Shown here piece by piece: positions 33,435 to 43,705 of a stretch of DNA of 64,000 bases (the stretch's first letter is position 1; every line of letters starts with the position of its first letter). A program made the translations under genes and the position numbers. The notes beneath the pieces were generated by a model. That model was not told where the DNA came from and ran no database searches. It saw only the letters and a list, made by a program, of their open reading frames with translations. The stretch is from Candidatus Eremiobacteria bacterium (GTDB lineage: Bacteria; Vulcanimicrobiota; Vulcanimicrobiia; Vulcanimicrobiales; Vulcanimicrobiaceae): positions 224,001-288,000 of the forward strand of contig CAVWUU010000001.1 in the NCBI GenBank assembly GCA_963758295.1. The letters are read 5' to 3'.

Positions 33435-33900
33435 CTAAATGATGGTGCGCTCCACCATCATTGCTAATAGATCGCTGCGCTCCAATCGCCGTCCATTTAG
33501 AATAACTTCGCCGTACGTATCATCGACGATGCGTTCGCTCTCCGCGTGGACGTGAACGTGAATGCCTACCTCCTGCGGTCGTTTAGCTGTCCACAGAATC
33601 GCTGGGGGTTGACGCCCAAAGTGCGTAATTGCAGTGAGCGTACTCGCCTAGGTCGATGGATCGCTGCGGCACTTCGAATCCCTCGGCGTTCATAAAGGTG
33701 TCGTGAAGCGGTTTCAATCATCGGTTGAGCGTGCTCCGCACACGCCATAACGCCGGATGCAGCGTACGCTTCAATATCCGCGATTGTTCCCCAGTGCGAC
33801 TGGTGAGTTCGGCACCACCATCTGTTTGCGCCGTGGCGAAACTTGCCAGCGTTCACGAAGTCGCCCGTCGTCCACCACCGGTTGCTCGTCACCGATCTTG
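33435..33900 (-). pseudogene. Fragmented, foreign-looking hypothetical gene
   Basis: Protein-like pieces in three frames (GKFRHGANRWWCRTH...; EVPQRSIDLGEY...WAST; PAILWTAKRPQEVGIHVH...MMVERTII*); lower GC than flanks; next to the tRNA. Confidence 0.5.
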
Positions 33901-33972
33901 TCGACGTACACCTTGCGGGCCGGTTGCCGAGGCTGTTTATTGCTTCTGCTTTAGGAGGGCGATCTATTAGGG

Positions 33973-34014
33973 TTGCGTAGATCGCGCATTTGATGCTATG
34001 CTTTGTAGCAAATG
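33973..34014 (+). promoter_or_regulatory. Toxin-antitoxin promoter with overlapping inverted repeat (probable autoregulatory operator)
   Basis: TTGCGT-18-TATGCT with extended TG; CATTTG (33987-33992) / CAAATG (34009-34014). Confidence 0.55.
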
Positions 34015-34446
34015 ACACAAGCGCGGAAGATTGCCGAGATGCTGGGCGGTACGGCGGTGCTGCGGCACCATATTGTGCGCGAGGCCGACCTAGAGCAGGT
34101 TGTGCGCGCCGGCGTACCGGCCGAAGCGGTGCGCGTCCTGTCCGCCTGTACGGCGACCAACCTCAGCGAAATTCAGCAGGTCGCAAGCATCGACCGCTCC
34201 ACGTTCGCCCGCCGGGTGCGCAACCATTCGAAACTCAAGACCGACGAGTCAGACCGCATCGTACGCTTCGCACGCGTAGCAGCCCAGGCTATCGATGCGC
34301 TCGGCAAGGACGACGCGCTTGTTTGGCTCCACGAACCCAATCGCGCGCTTGGCGGTCGAACGCCGTTCGATCTGCTTGATACCGACGTTGGCACGCGGCA
34401 GGTCGAGCAAATCATCGGGCGGATCGAGCACGGAGTCTTCAGCTAG
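34012..34446 (+). CDS. Xre/MbcA/ParS-type antitoxin (DUF2384)
   Basis: ESDRIVRFARV, WLHEPNRALGGRTPFDLLDT..G..QV. Confidence 0.92.
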   Translation: MTQARKIAEMLGGTAVLRHHIVREADLEQVVRAGVPAEAVRVLSACTATNLSEIQQVASIDRSTFARRVRNHSKLKTDESDRIVRFARVAAQAIDALGKDDALVWLHEPNRALGGRTPFDLLDTDVGTRQVEQIIGRIEHGVFS

Positions 34447-34932
34447 TTGCGGGTCTACCGCATCTACGCGCGCAAGCATCACGACACGGCCTTTACCGGC
34501 GAAGGCGCCCGAAGATATGGCGGGCGGTGGAATTCGCCGGGTACACCGGTAGTCTACGTCGCGACGTCGTTCGCCCTGGGCCTGCTTGAGGTGATGGCGA
34601 ACGCGACGGGCACGCGGATCCCGCCGGGAATGGTGTACAGCACCGTGGATATCCCCGACGACGTCGCTGTGGAGACGCTCGATAGCGCGACCCTGGCCCA
34701 CAATTGGCACGAATCACCGGCCCCGCCCGAATTGCAGGCGGCCGGTGATGCGTGGGTTCGCCGCAGCGATACCGTGGCGCTCATCGTGCCTAGCGCGATC
34801 GCGCGCATCGAGCAGAACGTGCTGCTAAACCCAGCGCATCCCGGCTTTGCGCGCTTGATGATCCGCGATCCAATCGACATTCCGGTCGACCGCCGTCTGG
34901 CTGCACCCGCCCGACGCAAGAAATCTCGCTAG
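34447..34932 (+). CDS. RES-domain toxin (MbcT/ParT-like NAD+ phosphorylase)
   Basis: GGRWNSPG, YVATS..LGLLE, VPSAI, NVLLNP. Confidence 0.92.
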   Translation: MRVYRIYARKHHDTAFTGEGARRYGGRWNSPGTPVVYVATSFALGLLEVMANATGTRIPPGMVYSTVDIPDDVAVETLDSATLAHNWHESPAPPELQAAGDAWVRRSDTVALIVPSAIARIEQNVLLNPAHPGFARLMIRDPIDIPVDRRLAAPARRKKSR

Positions 34933-35214
34933 AAAAGCTCGGTTATAGGCCACGGCGCTGCTCGAAAGACCTCGGTGCCCGGGTTTTTGGAATTCGTGGC
35001 GCCGGTTTTCGGTTTTCCGAATTCATGGCAAGGAAAGCGCGTTTTTGGTACTGAGCCCCAAAGATGCATAAAGCGATAAGAATGCTTGTTTCAGATTTAT
35101 TGCGGCCAAAGCGATAAATTGAAAATGCATCTTGTAGCTTCGCAGGAATTCAAAACACGACAGACGCCGCGCAAACGAGCGTAAAAAGAAAAAAGAGGTC
35201 GGCAATCTTGCGGG

Positions 35215-35460
35215 CCTCTTTCGTTATCAGGCAGCCAACGGTCGGGCGTGGTAACAATCGCAGGTTTCTCGGTCATGAGTGCCTTGCGCCCGACGTTGCA
35301 AAGAACTTCCGGAAGCGACGTTGCGGGGCTTATCGATCGCATCCTGTGCGAGCGAGCGTGACCTCGATATATTTGTTGTGATAACGGCCTAGCGTTCGTC
35401 TCGAAAGCTGTCGATACGTGGGCGTATTGCAACAAGTCGAGCTCGACTAATTCACGACCC
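35215..35460 (+). mobile_element. Degenerate IS3-family transposase (rve core) fragment
   Basis: Manual translation HECLA.../SGSDVAGLIDRILCERA*PRYICCDNGLAFVSKAVDTWAY.../SRP resembles the IS3 OrfB core (RECLA...DNGPEF.SK.LD.WAY...SRPG); contains a stop and frameshifts. Confidence 0.75.
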
Positions 35461-35502
35461 GACGATGCCGTCCGGCCGTACGCGCGCGTCTTGTGATTCG
35501 AT

Positions 35503-37502
35503 CTAGCGAGCCTTGAAGATAACGACGTCGTCGCCGTAGGGGTAACCGATTTGGAAGTTGCCCCCGGCGGCGACGGCAATGTATTGCTGCCCGTTGACGG
35601 AGTACGTGATCGGCGGCGCGTTGACGCCGGCGCCTAAATTGTAGCGCCACAAGCGGCGCCCGTCATGCGCGTCGAACGCATCAAACCAGCCGTCACCCTC
35701 GCCCATGAACGCAAGACCGCCGGCGGTAACGAGTGCGCCGCCCATCAGTGGTTGCGGCGTGATCGCTTTCCATGCAACTTTTCCGGTGTCGACGTTGACC
35801 GCGACAAAGCGGCCGTCTTGCACGCCGCCAGCCGCGACATTGGTGAACGCGCTGCCCAAGCGAATGTGACCCGTTGCGGCGTTTGCCTCTCCGGTCGTGA
35901 AATTCATCAATTGGTCCATGCCGAGGATGTACACGAGATGCGTTTGGGCGAGTACGCGGCCGGCGACCACTCAGCGCCGCCGTTTGCGCCCGGAAGCATC
36001 TTCACACCCGTACGCGTCGGTTGCGAGAACATGTTCTTCGTCATGCGTACGTAGGGTTCGGACCGGCGAATCAGTGCGCCGGTTTGACGATTTACGATAA
36101 AGAACCAGCCCACTTTTCCGGCTTCACCCGCAGCGGGAATCGTCTTGCCGTTCATAGTGACGTCGAATAGCAAAACCGGGCTTACCGCGTCGTAATCCCA
36201 AACGTCGTGTTTGACTTCTTGATAACCCCACTTGAATTGTCCGTTACGTGCGTCGAGGGCAACGATGGAATCGCTCCAGTGATTGTCGCCTTTCCGGCCC
36301 GCGCCGTTCAGGTCAGGATTGGGATTGCCCGTAGAGAAGATCAACAAGTTGCGTTGCGTGTCGATGGCAGGCGTCGTCCAAACCATTGCGCCGCCGTACT
36401 TCCACGAATCGCCGGAGTACGTACGCGGGTCGGTTGAATACCAGCGCCAGCGTTGCTTTCCGGTGTGGGCGTCGTAGGAGGCAACGAAGCCGCGCAACGC
36501 CCATTCCCCGCCGGCGCTGCCCACGATGATGCTGCCGTTGTAGACGACCGGCGCCATCGTCTCTGAATATCCGCCCGCAGCGTCCGTAATGGTAGTGATC
36601 CACCGTTGTTGTCCCGTGCGCGCGTCAAGCGCAATGAGCTTATCGTCAAGCGTCACGAAATAGATCATCCCGTAAGCCGCGGCTGCGCCTCGATTCACCG
36701 GGCCGCAGCAGATTTGAAACGATCCAAGCGTGTAGGTGGTTTCCCAATACCGCATCCCGGTCGCGGCATTAACCGCCATGACTTTCATTTTATCATTCAC
36801 GACCGGGGTGGTGATGTACATGACGCCGTCGCTTACGAGCGGCGTCGTTTCAAAGCTGGCAGCGAAACCGGTTTGGATAATCGCGACCGGCGCGAGCGAT
36901 TGCACGTTAGCGGTGTTGATTTGTGAAAGTCCCGAGTACCGATCGTTATCGTACGTCCGGCCGTCGATTAGCCAATTCGCATCGTCGTTTCGCGCAGACC
37001 GCATCATCTCGTCGGTTACGCCTATGCGCGCGTTCGTCGGAATGCCGGCGAAACGGGCCGTAGCAGCCGTGGCCGTGCGTACGATTTCGTTGGTGCCTTG
37101 ACTGCCCGGCGCCGGCGTTCCGGTCGTCGCTCCCGACTTGCCGGTGGCACCGCCCCCGATGCGCGAATTTTGCGCCAAGATGTACGCCGTTACGTTGGCA
37201 TACTCGCTCGAGCTCAAGCTCCCGGGTGCGTTTGCCGGCATCTGCGTGTGAATGAAGGTATAGAGTCGTTGCGCGGTGGGATAGGCTTTATTGAAAGAAC
37301 TTCCCATCAAGGTCGGTCCGGACTCGCCTTTTAACGTAGCGCCGTGACATTGCGAGCAATGTTGCTGATAAACGGTCGCGCCGGCACTCGCTTGCGAAGC
37401 CGTGTACGTGGTTGCTGCTCCGTGTGAAGTCGCGATCGAAAACAACGAAAGAAGAACAGCCGACAGAGCAAAACCGCCCCACCGTGCGATTGACTGGTAC
37501 AT
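35503..37502 (-). CDS. PQQ-dependent dehydrogenase with N-terminal cytochrome c, frameshifted near 35945
   Basis: Signal peptide, CSQCH heme motif, ICCGPVNRG, GGEWALRG, GNPNP, WDYDA, Trp-docking repeats; the two ORFs join with one base added at CCCAAA. Confidence 0.88.
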
Positions 37503-37592
37503 GCGTGCACCCCCGGTCGAGCAATATACGTTGTATATGCCCCGTGCGTGAAACCGCATGCAGCAACGTGCGGTTATTGTTCGCTACATAGC

Positions 37593-38117
37593 ATGAAATA
37601 CGGCTGGCAAGCGTTTGAAACGGCCATAGGAACTTGCGCCATCGCATGGTCCGGCGAGGGTATTACGGGAGTGGCGCTTCCGGAACGGCGAGGCTTCGCC
37701 GGAGAGCGGGTTGCATCGCAATTTGCGGGCGCCCAAGAAGCGTCGGCGCCGCCGCGAGAACGGCGGGCGATCGAGCTTATCATCGCGCTTTTCCGGGCCG
37801 AACGGCCGGATCTTTCGACAGTCATTCTGGATATGGCCAATGTTCCAACGTTCAACCGGCGCGTCTACGAAGTAACGCGGGCGATTCCGCCGGGAACGAC
37901 GCGAACCTACGGCGAGGTTGCACGCGAGATCGGCGATCCGGGCGCATCGCGCGCTGTCGGGCGGGCGCTCGGCGAGAATCCGTTTCCGATTATCGTGCCG
38001 TGCCATCGCGTTCTCGCGGCCGGCGGAAAGAGCGGCGGGTTCTCCGGTCCCGGCGGTGTTGTTACCAAGTTCCAAATGCTGTCATTCGAAGGCGACGGCA
38101 CGTTTCGGTTCGAGTGA
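37593..38117 (+). CDS. ogt: Methylated-DNA--protein-cysteine methyltransferase
   Basis: TYGEVA, RAVG, NPFPIIVPCHRV. Confidence 0.92.
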   Translation: MKYGWQAFETAIGTCAIAWSGEGITGVALPERRGFAGERVASQFAGAQEASAPPRERRAIELIIALFRAERPDLSTVILDMANVPTFNRRVYEVTRAIPPGTTRTYGEVAREIGDPGASRAVGRALGENPFPIIVPCHRVLAAGGKSGGFSGPGGVVTKFQMLSFEGDGTFRFE

Positions 38118-38180
38118 CGGCCGCAGCAAAACCTATTCCGGCCAAAGGATTTTCGCGACCCTAGCGCGCGATAGAGCGCC

Positions 38181-41100
38181 ATGAAGCGCTTATTGGCTGC
38201 CGTTCTTATGGCCACGCTCCTTTCGCCGATTGCTGCGCAGGGCGCCGAAACAATTTCACCGGCGCAAGAACTCATGAGCAAGCTGCAGTGGCGAAGCATC
38301 GGGCCGTACATCGGCGGACGCGTTGTGGCCATTGCCGGCGTCCCGACCGATCCCGACCTCTTCTATATGGGCGGCGTTCAGGGCGGTATTTGGAAAAGCA
38401 CCAACTACGGCCAGAACTGGACTAATATCAGCGACGGCCGGCTGCCCCGCACGGCGACATCGATAGGCGCGCTTGCGGTCGCTCCGTCGAATTCAAAGAT
38501 CATTTACGCCGGTACCGGCGAGGCGGACATTCGCCAAGATTTCGATACGGGAAGCGGTATCTATAAGAGCGCCGATGCCGGAAAGACGTGGAAATATGCG
38601 GGTTTGAGCGAGACGCGCAGCACAACGTCGCTGGCGATCGATCCTCGCAATCCCGACGTCGTGTATGCATCGTCGATGGGCCACGTTTTCAAACCGAACT
38701 CCGAGCGCGGCATCTTCAAAACCATCGACGGCGGTAAGACGTGGAAGAAGATTCTTTTCGTCGACGACAAGACGGGCGGCGTGCAAGTCGTGATGGATCC
38801 GAACGATCCGAACGTGCTATACGCCGCGATGTGGCAGGCGCAGCGCCTTCCATGGACGCTTACCAGCGGCGGCCCGGGCAGTGGCTTGTACAAAACGAGC
38901 GACGGCGGCGCGCGCTGGAGGAAAATCTCGAATAATCCCGGCTTCGCAACCGGAATGCTCGGAAAAATCGGCGTTGCCGTGTCGGCGAAAAACTCGCGTA
39001 TCGTCTATGCCATGGCGCAGGCGGCAGACGGCGGCGTCTTTCGCTCGAGCGACGGCGGCGCGACATGGTCCCACGTCAATCGCGAGATGAAGTTGCGACA
39101 ACGCGCCTTCTATTACACCGCCATCTTTGCCGATCCGACGAACACCGAGATCGCTTACGCGCCGCAAGTTGACGGCGTGTACAAGACCAAAGACGGCGGC
39201 AAAACCTGGAAGGCCTTCACGCCCTCGCGGCGACCACCACATCATTTGGGTGAATCCGTCCCATCCTAAGATTCTCTTGCTCGGCAATGACGGCGGCGCC
39301 CAGGTTTCGGTCGACGGCGGAAAAACGTGGAGCACGGAAAACAATCAGCCGACGGGGCAGTTCTATCACGTCGCATTGGACGATCAATTTCCGTTCCACG
39401 TTTACGGCGCGCAGCAGGACGAAGGCGCGTACGAGGGTCCGAGCGCGACGCCGAACGGCGGCATCGGCATCGGCGACTGGCATACGGTGGCGCTCGGTGA
39501 AAGCACCTTCGTTGCGCCCGAGCCGGGCGATTCAAACGTTACGTACGGCAGCGGCTATTTCACCTCGCTTGCGCGCCTCGACATGAGCCTCGGACAGTGG
39601 GCCAACGTTACGCCGTGGCCGCTTTACCAGTCCGGCGCACCGGCCTCGGAAATGAAATATCGCTTCGGATGGACGCACCCGATTTTCTTCTCGCCCTCAA
39701 ACCCGAACGAGTTGCTCGTTGCGGCACAGAACGTGTTCTCGAGTACCGACCACGGACGTACGTGGAAGATTATCAGCCCGGATTTAACGCGTAACGACAA
39801 GAGCACTGAAGGGCCGAGCGGCGGACCGATCAGCTACGACATCACCGGTGCGGAAACGTTTCCCGATCTCGCCTCGCTCGCGGTTTCACCCGTCAACGGC
39901 GACGTGTTGTGGGCGGGATCGGCCGATGGTCTCGTTCACGTAACGACCGATCACGGTGCGAACTGGAAGCTCGTGACGCCGCCGCAATTGCCGCAATGGG
40001 CGCAAATCAGTTCGATCGAGCCGTCGCACACCGCACCGGGAACCGCGTTTCTTTCGGCGTCGCGTTTTCAATGGGACGACTACCGTCCATACGTTTATGC
40101 GACGACGGATTACGGCGCCCATTGGAGTACCTTGACCGGCGGTTTACCGGACGACCAGTACGTGCACGTGGTACGCCAAGATCCGCGCGAGCCGCGCTTG
40201 CTTTTTGCCGGAACGCGCAGCACGGTTTACGTAAGTTTGAACGGCGGCGCCCAGTGGCAGGCGCTGACGCTCAATCTACCCGGCGTTCAGGTTCGCGACT
40301 TAGCGGTTAATGCACGACAAGGCGATCTGGTCGCTGCAACCCATGGCCGCGCGTTTTGGGTTCTCGACAATCTCTCGTTGCTGGAGCAGCTTGCCCGTCA
40401 AACGCAACACAGTGTCGCCGGCGCACAGCTCTTTGCCCCGGAAACGGCGTGGTTAACGCACGCCTACGGTGGCGGCGGCGGTGACGGCACCGGTGAGAAC
40501 CCGAAGTACGGCGCGACCGTATTCTTCAACATTCCGCGCAGCTACGACGGCAGAACGCCCGTCGAGTTGTCATTCCTTGACGGCAAGAACGAGACGATCC
40601 GCAGCTATGCACTTCATCTGAAGGCGAAACACGAGAAGAAATTCTCGAGCGAACAAAGGGAAGACCTCGATGCCAACCAGCAAAACGCGCTCGTTTTGCG
40701 GGAAGCAACGACGATCCAAGGCGGTATGAACGCGTTCCAATGGGACATGCGCTATGCCCCGGCGGCCGACGTGCCCGGTTTTCGTACGCTCGGAACGGAC
40801 GATTTCCCGGACACCTCCGATGGTCCCACGATTCTGCCCGGAACATACACCGTGGTATTGCAGTACGGCGAAAAGCGCATGACTCAGCCGTTAACGGTCC
40901 AGCTCGATCCGCGTCTCCATCCCGCGACAGGCGATCTTGAAGCGCGTCTTGCGTTGGAAACACAAATTCATGCGACGATTGACGACCTCGATAAAACGAT
41001 TAGTGCCGCCATGGCGGCTCGCGAGCGAGCCTCCGGCCTTAAGCGCAAGCAGCTCGATCGCGAAATCGGCAATCTGGTGCAGCTCGACATCCACTCGAGC

Positions 41101-41271
41101 GAAGCCGACACGATGCAGGAGACAAAGCTGCGCGAGGAACTAGCCTTCCTGGGTAACTCGCTCGAGAACGCGTACGAACGTCCGACGGCCGTCGATTATA
41201 CGACGTACGACGATCTTCGTGCCCAAGCCACTGCGGGCATCGAACGGTTGCGCGCGCTCATGGCGCATTAG
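38181..41271 (+). CDS. Exported VPS10/BNR-repeat glycosyl hydrolase-like protein, frameshifted near 39223
   Basis: Signal peptide, WRSIGP..GGRV, many SxDxGxTW Asp-boxes; ORFs 38181-39269 and 39127-41271 join at a C run. Confidence 0.85.
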
Positions 41272-41281
41272 CAGCCGCCCG

Positions 41282-41716
41282 CTACGTGGAGAGCAAGCGA
41301 TTGAAAAATGCGCGATATCGCTGCAATGCGACGCGCAAAGCTTCCGTATCGACGTTGCCCCCTTGCCATTGCTGTTCGAGTGTCGAACGCTCGCGAGAGA
41401 ACGTTTGCGTCAGTTCGTCGACGAGCTGCGATACAAGATTCTGTGCTTTCTCGACGGCTGACTGCGGATCGTCGACGAATTGCGCCTGCACGTCGTTCCA
41501 GCGATCGCGCAGGCCGTCCATGCGATCCTGCGGTAAGAAGTTCTCTTGGTTGCTCCCGGAGGCGACGTCCCGGCCGCTTTGCGCTGCGGCGCTTTCGTTG
41601 CGGACGTCATCGACGTCGGGACGAGGCGGGTTAGCGCCGGCAGTGTCGATGCTTCCGCGTTCGACCGGAGCCGCTTGCCGTGTGGTATCGGCAGGCATGT
41701 TGGCATCTTGATTCAT
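41282..41716 (-). CDS. Conserved hypothetical protein
   Basis: RWNDVQAQFVDDP...DTEALRVALQRYR; paralogous to the upstream gene. Confidence 0.8.
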   Translation of the reverse strand: MNQDANMPADTTRQAAPVERGSIDTAGANPPRPDVDDVRNESAAAQSGRDVASGSNQENFLPQDRMDGLRDRWNDVQAQFVDDPQSAVEKAQNLVSQLVDELTQTFSRERSTLEQQWQGGNVDTEALRVALQRYRAFFNRLLST

Positions 41717-42273
41717 GAGTCGCGCCTTTCATTGGTCCCGAGCAAGTCGTCGAACAGAGTTCTATAGTGAATCATGGCTTGACGTAAGTCTTCCGTACTC
41801 GCTTGACCTGTTTCGCTGCGCTGCGCGATGTTGTGTGCTGCGCGGTAGTTGTCGACGACCGCCGGGTGATCGGGAGATATATCGGCAGCGCGTTGATCGA
41901 AGTCGTCCACCGGGTAACCGCGATCCCGCATCACGCTGTTCACGAGCCGGTCCGCCTCTACCAGTGCCGTACGCGGCTGATCGACGAAGTGCGTTTGCAC
42001 GGTCATCCACTCTTCGGTGTACCGGTTCTTTGCGCCGGGCGGAAGCTCTTCGATATGCATGCGGCGAACGCGTTGTTCGCGTGCGTGAAGTTCCTTTTCG
42101 GCGGCGTCGCGGTCGCCGGCCGCTTTGACCGTGCGCTCGTACTCCGGACCGAAGCGGTGTTGTAAAGCGCGCGATCTATTTCGACGTTGCGCGGCAACGG
42201 CAATTGCCACGATGATGGCGATGACGATGATTGCCCCGATGACGTACACTGCCGTTTGATTTGAAGCGTTCAT
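41713..42273 (-). CDS. Membrane-anchored conserved hypothetical protein
   Basis: N-terminal TM segment, RFGPEYER, WMTVQTHFVDQP, STEDLRQAMIHYR. Confidence 0.82.
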   Translation of the reverse strand: MNASNQTAVYVIGAIIVIAIIVAIAVAAQRRNRSRALQHRFGPEYERTVKAAGDRDAAEKELHAREQRVRRMHIEELPPGAKNRYTEEWMTVQTHFVDQPRTALVEADRLVNSVMRDRGYPVDDFDQRAADISPDHPAVVDNYRAAHNIAQRSETGQASTEDLRQAMIHYRTLFDDLLGTNERRDS

Positions 42274-42310
42274 TTGCGGAGCCTCACATTGAAATATTTG
42301 TGTGTGCGGC

Positions 42311-42337
42311 TTACCCGTGGCCCGACGGGGTCAATCC
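42311..42337 (-). promoter_or_regulatory. Putative SigB/SigF-type promoter
   Basis: Minus strand GGATT-N16-GGGTAA, upstream of the gene starting at 42273. Confidence 0.55.
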
Positions 42338-42493
42338 GGGGCGTTAGCAAAAAGCACGCAAGCGCTGCTTGGCCTAAGCAGAACCGAAGGCGACAAGGCG
42401 GCCGCCGTGCCGGGGCCTTATTTTTCACACTTTCCTCACTTCTGCGCCGTAAAGCGAGTATATCCAACCGCTTCAGGAGTGCAGAGGTGCCTT

Positions 42494-43672
42494 ATGTCAC
42501 GTTACGTCTTCCATACCGGTGCGGCGGCCGGTCTTGCCGTCGTACTGCTCGTTCTTGCCGGCTGCGGCGGCGCCGGAACATCGTCGACTAGTGATTCCAT
42601 GCCCGCGACATCGCCGGCTCAACAAGTGCCCATGGCATCCGGCGACACCACGCAAAGTTTGCGACTGCAAGCCGTAGACACAACCTCAATGCTAAAGACG
42701 CTCGACGACGAAGTGCCGATCGGCTCTACCGTCGTCGCGAACGGCGAACAGAATCCGTACGGCCTCGATGTAGCTAAAGTCTCCAGCGGAGAACTTACTG
42801 CGGGCGATTTGGTCATCTGCGATTTCAACGACAAAGCTAACGTTCAAGGGACCGGATCGACGATCGTCGCGCTTCATCCGGTCGAAGAAAATAAGCCGCG
42901 GCTCATCGCGCACGCATCGGATTTACTCGGCTGCGACGCGCTGGCTCTTGGTCCAAACGACGAAATATGGACCGCCAACTTTGCCTCAAACACCAACACG
43001 CTGGTTTCGCCGTCGGGACACATCGATCGAACGATGGACGGACATCCATTCGCCCATCCATTCGGCGAAGCGTTCGCGCCGTTCGACGGAAAATTCGGCG
43101 TCGCGGCGTTCTATGTGAGCAATGCCGGTGACGGCTCGATCTTGCGAATCAATATTTCGGCTCAGCACACATTGAGCGTGCAGACGATAGCCGAAGGTTT
43201 TGCCGTAAATCACGGTGCTCCCGGAAGTATTCTCGGTCCCTCGGGATTGCAATACGACCTGAAAAACGATCGGTTATACGTCGTCGATGGAACGAATAAC
43301 ACCGTCGTAATGCTGCAGCATGTCTCGACGATCGGCGAGGCCGGTATCTTCGTCAAGCCCGGCGGCAAGACGTTCGCCGGCGTTTCGGCCGCTTTAGGGA
43401 AAACGATTTTTGCCGGCGCGCCGTTAAACGGCCCCATCAGTTCGGCGCTGCTTCCAAACGGAAATCTCGTGATCGGAAATACGCTGGATCCGGACGGAAA
43501 GAACTTGATGGCCGAAATAACGCCGCTCGGCCAACTGCTCGCGGTACGAAACGTTGACAACGGCGCGGCCGGAGCGATATTCGGAATGGTAGCTACCGGC
43601 ACGAGCGACTTCAATACCAAAATCTATTTCAACGACGACAACGCAAACTTCTTAGAAGTGCTCGAGCGCTAG
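42494..43672 (+). CDS. Lipoprotein with probable beta-propeller (NHL-like) domain
   Basis: GAGGT RBS; lipobox LAGC; NPYGL and GPSGL repeats. Confidence 0.75.
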   Translation: MSRYVFHTGAAAGLAVVLLVLAGCGGAGTSSTSDSMPATSPAQQVPMASGDTTQSLRLQAVDTTSMLKTLDDEVPIGSTVVANGEQNPYGLDVAKVSSGELTAGDLVICDFNDKANVQGTGSTIVALHPVEENKPRLIAHASDLLGCDALALGPNDEIWTANFASNTNTLVSPSGHIDRTMDGHPFAHPFGEAFAPFDGKFGVAAFYVSNAGDGSILRINISAQHTLSVQTIAEGFAVNHGAPGSILGPSGLQYDLKNDRLYVVDGTNNTVVMLQHVSTIGEAGIFVKPGGKTFAGVSAALGKTIFAGAPLNGPISSALLPNGNLVIGNTLDPDGKNLMAEITPLGQLLAVRNVDNGAAGAIFGMVATGTSDFNTKIYFNDDNANFLEVLER

Positions 43673-43705
43673 GAAGCGCAAGCGTGCGCCGTTGAAGCGT
43701 CAGCG

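Noticed and set aside
33273..35500. Intact prophage or ICE at tRNA-Leu
   Set aside because: No integrase, structural genes or duplicated tRNA 3' end were found
38181..41271. Programmed frameshift or two separate genes
   Set aside because: No slippery heptamer; the same short-run indel pattern appears in several unrelated genes
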